Positions 57,046 to 64,000 of a stretch of DNA of 64,000 nucleotides are shown one piece after another. Each line of letters starts with the position of its first letter. Positions within the stretch are counted from its first letter, which is position 1. The DNA comes from a virus (lineage: Duplodnaviria > Heunggongvirae > Uroviricota > Caudoviricetes): positions 30,368 to 94,367 of the IMG/VR virus record IMGVR_UViG_3300036885_000228; one strand, 5' to 3'. The translations under genes were made by a program, and so were the position numbers. Under the pieces are notes generated by a model. It worked only from the letters and a program-made list of their open reading frames with translations. It did not search any database and was not told the origin of the DNA.

Positions 57046-57130
57046 GCATTAGTAGACGACTATGGAAGTCGGCTTGATTGTAGATCAAGCATCCGTAAGG
57101 GTCATAAGAGTTCGATTCTCTTCTAATGCA
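57046..57130 (+). tRNA. tRNA-Tyr(GUA), type II
   Basis: Acceptor gcattag/ctaatgc. Anticodon arm cttga-ttgtaga-tcaag (anticodon gta). Long variable arm atcc-gtaa-gggt. T arm aagag-ttcgatt-ctctt. Confidence 0.75.
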
Positions 57131-57135
57131 CAATT

Positions 57136-57207
57136 GGAAGAGTAGCATAACGGTCAATGCAATGGTTTGAAGCACCATAGAAGAAAGTTCAATTCTTTCC
57201 TCTTCCA
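57136..57207 (+). tRNA. tRNA-Phe(GAA)
   Basis: Acceptor ggaagag/ctcttcc. D arm gcat-aacggtca-atgc. Anticodon arm atggt-ttgaagc-accat. T arm gaaag-ttcaatt-ctttc. Confidence 0.8.
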
Positions 57208-57215
57208 CTATAAAT

Positions 57216-57286
57216 GCTATAGTAGGCAAGAGGCTAGCCACGAGATTGCAAATCTTGAAACATGGGTTCGACTCCCATCTATAGCT
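57216..57286 (+). tRNA. tRNA-Cys(GCA)
   Basis: Acceptor gctatag/ctatagc. Anticodon arm cgaga-ttgcaaa-tcttg (one G-U pair). T arm atggg-ttcgact-cccat. The D stem is only 3 bp. Confidence 0.65.
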
Positions 57287-57291
57287 CAAAT

Positions 57292-57364
57292 GCAGGGGCA
57301 TGTTCCAAGGCTGGCGGTTGCGACTCCAAATCGTGACGGAAGAGTTCGATTCTCTTACCCTGTG
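57292..57364 (+). tRNA. tRNA-like gene with CCA (Trp) anticodon loop; imperfect cloverleaf
   Basis: T arm aagag-ttcgatt-ctctt. Anticodon-like arm tgcga-ctccaaa-tcgtg. Acceptor gcagggg/accctgt has one mismatch. No convincing D stem, so it may be degenerate. Confidence 0.35.
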
Positions 57365-57373
57365 CTATTAGGT

Positions 57374-57446
57374 TGGCAGGTATCATAACTGGTAATGATT
57401 TCGACTGTTAATCGAAAATATACTGGTTCGAATCCAGTCTTGCCAG
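57374..57446 (+). tRNA. tRNA-Asn(GUU)
   Basis: Acceptor tggcagg/cttgcca (U1-A72, as in many bacterial tRNA-Asn). D arm tcat-aactggta-atga. Anticodon arm ttcga-ctgttaa-tcgaa. T arm actgg-ttcgaat-ccagt. Confidence 0.8.
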
Positions 57447-57476
57447 CAAATATTACACTGAGAATTTAACATTATT

Positions 57477-57547
57477 GCCGGTGTAATTCAAAGGTTAGAA
57501 TGGCAGTTCTGTAAACTGCTCATAGGGTTCGAATCCTCTCACCGGCT
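57477..57547 (+). tRNA. tRNA-like gene with UGU (Thr) anticodon; atypical
   Basis: Perfect acceptor gccggtg/caccggc. D arm attc-aaaggtta-gaat. Anticodon arm gcagt-tctgtaa-actgc with C at position 33. The T stem is weak (taggg/cctct). Confidence 0.45.
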
Positions 57548-57554
57548 CACATTA

Positions 57555-57725
57555 TGCAAAATTATCTTAAAAGAGAAATATTTTTAACTCGATTTACTAA
57601 AGATACAACAATCAAATGTCCGAGTTGTCAAAGAGTTCTTGATTATCCAGATTTTGTTTGCGAATCGTGCAAGACGCAAATCGTAATCAAATTCAAACCA
57701 GAAGACAAATTGTGGGAAAGATAAG
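57555..57725 (+). CDS. Small zinc-ribbon protein (57 aa, below cutoff)
   Basis: MQNYLKREIFLTRFTKDTTIKCPSCQRVLDYPDFVCESCKTQIVIKFKPEDKLWER. Confidence 0.3.
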
Positions 57726-57925
57726 ATGTTTCAGATGATCGATTGTATTGGGCATATAAGAATATATGTACATTGACAATTTTATTCACTGAGGTCATTC
57801 TGGTGACAACAGCAAATAAGCAAGATGAGGTGGTATGGGCCTGGGGTCTGGAGTCGGATTAGTAAGACATCGCATTTGCATTGCGAAAATAACGGGTGCA
57901 ATTCCCGTCAGATCCACATCTCATT

Positions 57926-58522
57926 ATGCATTATATAATCTATAAAACTACAAATCTTGTCAATGGAAACTTTTATATTGGATATCATTCAACGAATAAT
58001 TTAGATGATAAGTATTTAGGTTCTGGTAAATTGTTAAGATTAGCAATTAATAAATACAATATTGATAAATTTAAAAAAGAAATATTGTTTATATTTGATA
58101 CAAAAGAAGAAGCATTATTGAAAGAAAGAGAAGTTGTCAATCCTGATTTTATTAAACGTAATGATGTATATAATGTCAAGTACGGTGGAGAGGGTGGTTG
58201 GGAGCATACATGGTATGATAAAAGACGATATGATGCATGGAGAAAAGTAAATAAAGGATGGTCTATGACATTTGAAAAAAGAAGTAAGTTATTTTTAGGA
58301 AAGAATAATGGAATGTATGGAAAAAAACAAAGTTCAGCAATGAAAGAACGGATGAAGTTAAATCAAATACTTGATAAAGGAATTTTAGCACAAAGATTAA
58401 ATGATTATAATACTATCGAAAAGAAATATGGATGGAAAACGAAATTGGCAAGAAAATGGAATATTTCGCATACTCAAGTTTGTCGATTTATTAAGAAATA
58501 TGTCAAGTACGAAAAAACGTAG
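57926..58522 (+). CDS. GIY-YIG homing endonuclease
   Basis: MHYIIYKTTNLVNGNFYIGYHSTNN...YLGSG is a GIY...YIG module. The ORF-track start 57896 adds 10 aa of GC-rich leader. Confidence 0.75.
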   Translation: MHYIIYKTTNLVNGNFYIGYHSTNNLDDKYLGSGKLLRLAINKYNIDKFKKEILFIFDTKEEALLKEREVVNPDFIKRNDVYNVKYGGEGGWEHTWYDKRRYDAWRKVNKGWSMTFEKRSKLFLGKNNGMYGKKQSSAMKERMKLNQILDKGILAQRLNDYNTIEKKYGWKTKLARKWNISHTQVCRFIKKYVKYEKT

Positions 58523-58575
58523 AATTAGAAAGCACACTGAGGAGATAATGCGTTCGAGTCCCATCGAGTCTACAG

Positions 58576-58598
58576 AATAGATTATCAATCTATTTTTT
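58576..58598 (+). terminator. Weak AT-rich hairpin plus T-run
   Basis: aatagat-tatca-atctatt followed by tttt. Confidence 0.3.
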
Positions 58599-58671
58599 AT
58601 TTGTAAATGTTTATAAAAATTCACTGTTAACAACTTCTAGATTTACCTAATATTAAATAAAATATTACCTA

Positions 58672-58700
58672 TTTACAAACATTAACAAATGTGTTATAAT
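58672..58700 (+). promoter_or_regulatory. Promoter TTTACA-N17-TATAAT inside conserved element copy D
   Basis: TTTACA 58672-58677, TATAAT 58695-58700. Element D spans about 58595-58703. Confidence 0.6.
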
Positions 58701-58738
58701 GAATATAATTAAACATATAATTTAATAATCAAGAATGT

Positions 58739-59014
58739 ATGACAAAAAGTAAACAACGTATACATTATGCTACAGGAGGATTCATTCCAGGTGAAGCATT
58801 GCAAAAGAAAGGACAAAACCCAGAATTTCATACCCTATGTGGTAGAACATATGACCACGGTGGAAGTGATTTAATGCAAAGTGGTTATCTTGGTGCACAA
58901 CATGTAACCTGTAAACAATGTAGACAGAAATTAGATATACAGGAAAGAAAAAGAATGCAAAGAGAACAAATAGAAAGAGATGCACAAAAGAAAATAGCAA
59001 ATCTTTATAAATAA
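58739..59014 (+). CDS. Cys-containing small protein (zinc-finger-like)
   Basis: 91 aa with ..HTLCGRTYDHGG...HVTCKQCRQKLD. Confidence 0.4.
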   Translation: MTKSKQRIHYATGGFIPGEALQKKGQNPEFHTLCGRTYDHGGSDLMQSGYLGAQHVTCKQCRQKLDIQERKRMQREQIERDAQKKIANLYK

Positions 59015-59016
59015 TT

Positions 59017-59601
59017 ATGATACAAACAAAAGAACAATTACAACCATTTTCTAAAGGAATACGTTGCATTTTATTACTTCAAAGAAAAAAGGAAGGGGGC
59101 TCGACTAACGAAAATAATCGATGTTGGAGACGGATAATGACTAGAAATAGTGAAGAGTTTTTTGAAGCAATTGATAAATTAGAAATTGAAAAGCAAAGAG
59201 TATTTGATAAGGATGGTAAGCAATTACGAATTTATTCATCTGTCAATGCTAGAAATATTGATAAGTCAATACGACAATTCAAAAAAGACCAAATCGACAA
59301 TGATTATAATCTAGATGAGTTACGTCAGAGTTTTTATTTGGATATCAAAAATAGATTTATTCATTGTTTGATGCAACATACTTGTAAAGCAGAAAGCAAT
59401 TTCATGTTTGATTTAGATGAATGTTGTGAAAGAAGTCTTGCATCTATAGAGAAGGAATTAATCAAACATACTGAAATACTTTTACGATATCCAACTAAGA
59501 GTGGATTTCATATCGTGACTAAACCATTTAATTATACGAAATTAGAAAATGATGGAAGGTTCGAAATCAAAACTGATGGATTGTTATTAATTTCTTTTTA
59601 G
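59017..59601 (+). CDS. Hypothetical protein
   Basis: 194-aa ORF. Confidence 0.4.
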   Translation: MIQTKEQLQPFSKGIRCILLLQRKKEGGSTNENNRCWRRIMTRNSEEFFEAIDKLEIEKQRVFDKDGKQLRIYSSVNARNIDKSIRQFKKDQIDNDYNLDELRQSFYLDIKNRFIHCLMQHTCKAESNFMFDLDECCERSLASIEKELIKHTEILLRYPTKSGFHIVTKPFNYTKLENDGRFEIKTDGLLLISF

Positions 59602-59602
59602 T

Positions 59603-59851
59603 ATGTCAAAAGTCGGTGATTCAATAACATTCAAGAAATTAAAATGGGAGATAGTTAAGATTAAAATTTCAATTGCAGGTATAAAATTTTTCAGATATAG
59701 AGTCTATAGAAAATATTTTGGATTGTGGTTGAATAATACTGATTCATCTTATTTAATTTTTGAAGATCAATGGAAGTTTTATCCAGTTTCTCTTATAGAA
59801 AAAATGAAGAAAAAATTTATTGAAATCACAAGTCTAAAGAGCAACAATTAA
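59603..59851 (+). CDS. Hypothetical protein
   Basis: 82-aa ORF followed by a GC-rich hairpin. Confidence 0.35.
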   Translation: MSKVGDSITFKKLKWEIVKIKISIAGIKFFRYRVYRKYFGLWLNNTDSSYLIFEDQWKFYPVSLIEKMKKKFIEITSLKSNN

Positions 59852-59927
59852 AAAGAAAAAATAATCCCCTTCCTCCGCCCCTAAGTGGGGGTGGCGATAA
59901 GATGATTAATTAAATAACATATAATTT

Positions 59928-60173
59928 ATGACTTGTGGAGGCCCTTGGGAAGAATTTAAACCAGTTAAAAAAAGAACATATAAGTTTTACGGCCACGAAG
60001 ACTTCTGGTGTTTTATAGGATTTCATAAATGGAAGACTAAAAAGGATAGAGTGTATAAGTCAGGGAATGTGGAAACGAATAATTATGTTGAATATTGTAA
60101 GAAGTGCGGAAAGATAAAAGACGAATGGGGTTCAACAAATTTTTCAATGAAATTTATTATTAAGTCTAACTAG
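59928..60173 (+). CDS. Hypothetical Cys-containing protein
   Basis: 81-aa ORF. Confidence 0.35.
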   Translation: MTCGGPWEEFKPVKKRTYKFYGHEDFWCFIGFHKWKTKKDRVYKSGNVETNNYVEYCKKCGKIKDEWGSTNFSMKFIIKSN

Positions 60174-60671
60174 GGCTTAATCCCTTAGTCAGGGAAGGCA
60201 GGACGTTACATTTTGCAGGGTAATTTAACAATCTTAGTTAAATTCAAACTACTGTAAAATAGTAATATAATTATAACTGCCTCCCCTGATTAGATGATTA
60301 ACTAACTTCGCAGCTCACTACTGCGATATAAATAAAACAATATGCTTAAAAAAATAAAGGGTTGTATGACTTTTAGGGATGGCAAGCCGTTGGAATGTTC
60401 AACAGTTTCTTTGTGTAAATATGAAGTTTATGCAGACAAAGCAAAAACTTGGCAGGATGGAGATAAGAGCGTTCCAGTTGTAATTACTTATCATTGTAAA
60501 AAATAACTATGCCAAACCTAACTAAAAAAGAACTTAGAAAAGCCGCCATTGAAGCCGCTATCGCCATTGTTGATAATGAATTTATCCCTATGTGTAAGCA
60601 AGGAAGTCCAGCGCACTATATCAACGAAACGTTATTGAAGATAGTTAAAAATCTTAACTTATTAAAATAAT

Positions 60672-61037
60672 ATGGACTTAAAAAACTATAAAGGACAAAT
60701 ACTCACTACCGATGAATACGCCGAAGGAAAAAATCAGATTATAAAGGATATTCACGATTTAGAGAGTATTGCTTTAAAAACAGGTAAAGATTATTTACTT
60801 TTAAAGTGGGGAACTATTAAAAGTTTTGGATTAAAAAGCGACAACGGAAAGAAACTTTTAGAAAGATATAACAAGATTGGTTCTTGTATTAGTGTTATGC
60901 TCCAAAAAGATACCGATGAGCAGAAGAAAATTCTTTGTGAAATGATAGATGAATGTAATGGATGTATTCAAGAAGATTGGGGAGGAAAATATTTAACCAA
61001 AAAAGGTGCTAAAAAATACGTCTTAGATTATAAATAA
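60672..61037 (+). CDS. Hypothetical protein, paralogue of 61672..61956
   Basis: ..LKWGTIKSFGL..YNKIGSCISVMLQKDTDEQKKILCEMIDE..KYLTKKGAKKYVLDY closely parallels the second copy. Confidence 0.45.
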   Translation: MDLKNYKGQILTTDEYAEGKNQIIKDIHDLESIALKTGKDYLLLKWGTIKSFGLKSDNGKKLLERYNKIGSCISVMLQKDTDEQKKILCEMIDECNGCIQEDWGGKYLTKKGAKKYVLDYK

Positions 61038-61058
61038 ATCTTAATATATGTTAAAAAT

Positions 61059-61259
61059 ATGAAAGTAAAAATCATTTATACCGAAAACAGTCCTTATAAT
61101 TTAAAGGAAGAAAATATTGAATGCACCGAAGTTCATTATTGTTTTGAAAGCGTGATGATTGAAGAAATCGGACAACAGACAGCCTTTGAAAACTTCCGAG
61201 CGGGAACAGGCTTTACAATTCCTAATAAATATATAAAAGAATTTGAAATAAAAGATTAA
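61059..61259 (+). CDS. Hypothetical protein
   Basis: 66-aa ORF. Confidence 0.3.
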   Translation: MKVKIIYTENSPYNLKEENIECTEVHYCFESVMIEEIGQQTAFENFRAGTGFTIPNKYIKEFEIKD

Positions 61260-61671
61260 TATATGCTAAAAATACTTGAAAGAAATTCTTACTAATGCCG
61301 AGAAAGACGGCGTAACGCTAATTAAGTAAAATATAAAATTTATGGACGAAGAAGAAGTTAAATTAGTCCAAAGAAAATTCCTTATTGAAATACTTAGTGA
61401 TTTTAATCGTAGTCAGCTTGAAGGAAAAGGATTTGATTTTTACTTTGTGCTTAGGAATAAATTAGACAAACTTAATAAAGAAAAAATATGATAACAATTA
61501 ACTATGGTAAGGTAATTTGCACAAGAGAAAATCCAATGGTTCTTCTTAACGATATTAAAAAGATGTTAAAAGAAGAAAAAATGACTTGGATAAAAGATAG
61601 TATTGGCTGGAAATCGGTTGAAAGTATAGAAAAAAACCTACCTAATTTAACCCCCTAACTCCCAGACCTTA

Positions 61672-61956
61672 GTGTCTGGTGAAAATAATATGGAAGAAAA
61701 AATTAAAAAAGAGCATTTAACACTGAAATGGGGAACATTAAAAGATTGGGATTTCGGAGATTGGGCAAAACCTTTGTTTGAAGAATATAATCAGATTGGA
61801 AATTCAATGTCAGCAATAATGCAAAAAGATACAGAAAAGCAAAAACAAATTATTTGTGAATTAATTGATAAAGGAAACTTTAAAAAAGTTTATTTAAATT
61901 GGGACGGTAAATATATATCAAAAAAAGCGGCAAAGAAGTATGTTTTAGAAAATTAA
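61672..61956 (+). CDS. Hypothetical protein, paralogue of 60672..61037
   Basis: ..LKWGTLKDWDF..YNQIGNSMSAIMQKDTEKQKQIICELIDK..KYISKKAAKKYVLEN. Confidence 0.45.
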   Translation: MSGENNMEEKIKKEHLTLKWGTLKDWDFGDWAKPLFEEYNQIGNSMSAIMQKDTEKQKQIICELIDKGNFKKVYLNWDGKYISKKAAKKYVLEN

Positions 61957-62307
61957 CAAATAACTTATATGATAAACATTTTACCAGACCTTAAAATCTG
62001 CCAAGAGGCGCAGGGAATTGTGAAAGAGAGTAAGTTTTGGTGGAGAGAAGATGAGTTAAAAAAAAATACCGATTGTTATTGTTAGTAACTGTCAAAAAGA
62101 AGAAGCGGAAAAATATGAATTTAGATTTAAGTATTATCCTGCCCCTATCGCCGAAGAGCTGTTGGAGATATTGCCAAACGAAATCTGTGTTGATAACATT
62201 TATTATCCATTAGTAATAGGAAAGTGTGGAGTTGGATATGGAAACGAATATGAAAGTATTTATTATTGTAATAATAAAAATCTCTCCGATGCTCTTGCCG
62301 AAATGGT

Positions 62308-62547
62308 TTGCAAGCTAAGGGAAGAGGGGATAATATGAAAATCAAGCACCCCTACACGGGCAAGACAATTAAGACTGACGGAGTTTATCCGATTTACGAT
62401 CCTTATTACTCAATCACAATCTGCCCTCAATGCGGGAATGTTTTAAACAAGAGTGAAGATAAAAAAGATAAAGACTGCCACGGACACCCAATTTACAAAG
62501 GCGAGGATTGCGATAAATGCCTTTGGAGAAATACAATAGAAGAATAA
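62308..62547 (+). CDS. Small Cys-rich protein
   Basis: 79 aa with ..ICPQCGN...CHGHPIYKGEDCDKC. Confidence 0.4.
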   Translation: MQAKGRGDNMKIKHPYTGKTIKTDGVYPIYDPYYSITICPQCGNVLNKSEDKKDKDCHGHPIYKGEDCDKCLWRNTIEE

Positions 62548-62647
62548 AATAGAGGAATTAAAAGTTGTTAACATCTCGTTAACACTTTATTTGTATACAA
62601 AGTCAGGAGAATATGATATAATATTAATAAGATAATATGAAAAACGT

Positions 62648-63013
62648 ATGACTCGTCCAGAATTTTCAAATGCTAGAGATTTAACATTTTCGCATTGGAT
62701 AAGAGAGAAATTACCTGATAGTTTTACAGGATTTCTAGTATCTGATTTAGATTTCATTATTGAGAATTACAAGACTAAGAAGATAATGCTAATAGAGACG
62801 AAGACCAATAATGGAGAATTGAGAGAATGGCAAAAAAGGTTATTCAAAAACATAGATAAATGGTTAAAACGTGGAACTGAAGAAGAGGATTGGGAATATC
62901 TAGGTTTTCATGTTATTCAATTTGAGAAAACTGGATTTCATGATGGTAAATGTTATTTTGACAATGTAGAAATACTAGAAACTGAATTAATCAAAAAATT
63001 GAGTATAGTATAA
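62648..63013 (+). CDS. Hypothetical protein
   Basis: 121-aa ORF. Confidence 0.4.
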   Translation: MTRPEFSNARDLTFSHWIREKLPDSFTGFLVSDLDFIIENYKTKKIMLIETKTNNGELREWQKRLFKNIDKWLKRGTEEEDWEYLGFHVIQFEKTGFHDGKCYFDNVEILETELIKKLSIV

Positions 63014-63020
63014 CGGAATT

Positions 63021-63206
63021 ATGAATGATAAAGAAATTTTAGAATATTGCAAAAAATTTAGACGTGATTTAATTCTAAGTGATTTAGAGGGATGTAATAT
63101 TTGTGGTAAACCACTGAAGAAAATTGATACATATACATATAGATGGGATTGTGAATGCGTAAAGAAATATCCAGAATTGAAAGATCTACGTATAAGTTGT
63201 GGATAA
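63021..63206 (+). CDS. Small Cys-rich protein
   Basis: 61 aa with CNICGK...CEC. Confidence 0.35.
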   Translation: MNDKEILEYCKKFRRDLILSDLEGCNICGKPLKKIDTYTYRWDCECVKKYPELKDLRISCG

Positions 63207-63398
63207 TATGTTTAATGAAGTCCAAATGAATAAACCTTATATTGTTCAACCTACACCAGGAGTACAACTTAGTCAATGTTCTAATTGTGGGAAATTTCAG
63301 CTCACATATTTGACAAAGCTTGGAGAAAAGTATGTTGAATTGTGCAAACAATGTAAACAAGTTAAAGAACTTTAAAATAATTTGTAATTTCAAAATAT

Positions 63399-63704
63399 AT
63401 GAGTAATCCTTTAGAAGAATTTTATAATGATGTAGTTTCTGAAGTACATGTAAAGATTATCAGAGAACGAAATGGTTTAGTTGCAATTGCTAGTGCAGTA
63501 ATTAAAACTGCAAAAGGTAATTTTTTTATCAATTCAATAGGTTTATATACAAAAAGAACTGGTGGGTATCGTCTTACATATCCAACAAAGAAGTCAGGAA
63601 ATTCCGAATTACAACTTTTTAATCCTTTGCACGTCGATTTACACAAAGAACTTGAAGATAAAATCATAAAAGAATACGAGGATTTACTTGTAAGCGAAAT
63701 ATGA
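63399..63704 (+). CDS. Hypothetical protein
   Basis: 101-aa ORF. Confidence 0.4.
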   Translation: MSNPLEEFYNDVVSEVHVKIIRERNGLVAIASAVIKTAKGNFFINSIGLYTKRTGGYRLTYPTKKSGNSELQLFNPLHVDLHKELEDKIIKEYEDLLVSEI

Positions 63705-64000
63705 CATTTGACGAAATAAAATTTGAGATTATTTTATGTCTCAAACAATATAACAAATCAAAATCAGTAAAAGAACGACGAGTAATTCGTGAAAAGATCA
63801 ACAATTTATATACTCAACGAGAAGATTTACTTAGCAAACAATATGTCAATTCAACTCCAAAACATTAATAGACAAATTGTATTAGCATATAAAGAATACG
63901 ATGAGAAGGTAGACAAATCAAAGAGAGAACCAATTCGTGAAAGAATCGGTCATTTATTTGAAGACAAAAGAGCTGAACTATGTTTGATTGAACTTGAAAA

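Noticed and set aside
55184-57301. Minus-strand ORFs 55184..55399 and 57014..57301, and + ORF 57167..57388
   Set aside because: They overlap the tRNA-Gly, the Y-RNA-like element and the tRNA array. Those RNA genes explain the sequence conservation far better than proteins do.
1-64000. CRISPR arrays, rRNA genes, integrase/attachment sites
   Set aside because: No regularly spaced short direct repeats with unique spacers. No rRNA-like sequence. No tyrosine/serine recombinase motifs were seen in any ORF of this window.

Overview
This 64-kb window is a segment of an AT-rich (about one-third GC) tailed dsDNA phage or prophage. Every convincing gene lies on the + strand. From the left edge to about 17.9 kb is the late tail module. 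It starts with two very large fibre-like proteins built from a 16-aa (48-bp) FTEDG repeat; the first also carries an SGNH/sialate-O-acetylesterase-like motif and a poly-Gly tract. These are followed by a HK97 gp10-like protein, a putative major tail protein, a tail assembly chaperone with a -1 frame extension (G/GT type), the tape measure, a glycosyltransferase-FkbM methyltransferase fusion, a 1249-aa fibre/host-specificity protein and a papain-like peptidase. From 17.9 kb onward the window holds early, replication and nucleotide-metabolism genes, cut into short transcription units by at least nine copies of a TTTACA-N17-TATAAT promoter. Four of those copies sit inside an approximately 130-bp conserved element. 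Notable content in this part: (i) a tRNA/RNA-repair cassette of an Rnl2-like RNA ligase fused to a tRNA-binding OB domain, a metallophosphoesterase, a small HAD phosphatase and a T4-like Pnk; (ii) directly downstream of it, a promoter-driven ~0.85-kb GC-richer noncoding region with many hairpins, a candidate large ncRNA; (iii) a Ubl / JAB (JAMM) deubiquitinase-like peptidase / E1 (ThiF-MoeB) triad with an unexplained 573-aa neighbour; (iv) a Ro60 (TROVE+vWA) orthologue followed by a tRNA-Gly and a Y-RNA-like element carrying a tRNA-like module, upstream of a six-member tRNA cluster; (v) a probable nucleotide and sugar modification set (dNMP kinase, UGM-like flavoenzyme, NAD-epimerase, divergent ThyX-like, truncated ThyA-like, two glycosyltransferases, a UDG-family-4-like protein) next to a family-B DNA polymerase; (vi) a lysis/envelope cluster (M15 peptidase with a TM anchor, SPFH protein, 3D-domain protein) with a Fic-domain protein next to it; and several homing-endonuclease-like genes. 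No CRISPR array, rRNA or obvious integrase was seen.
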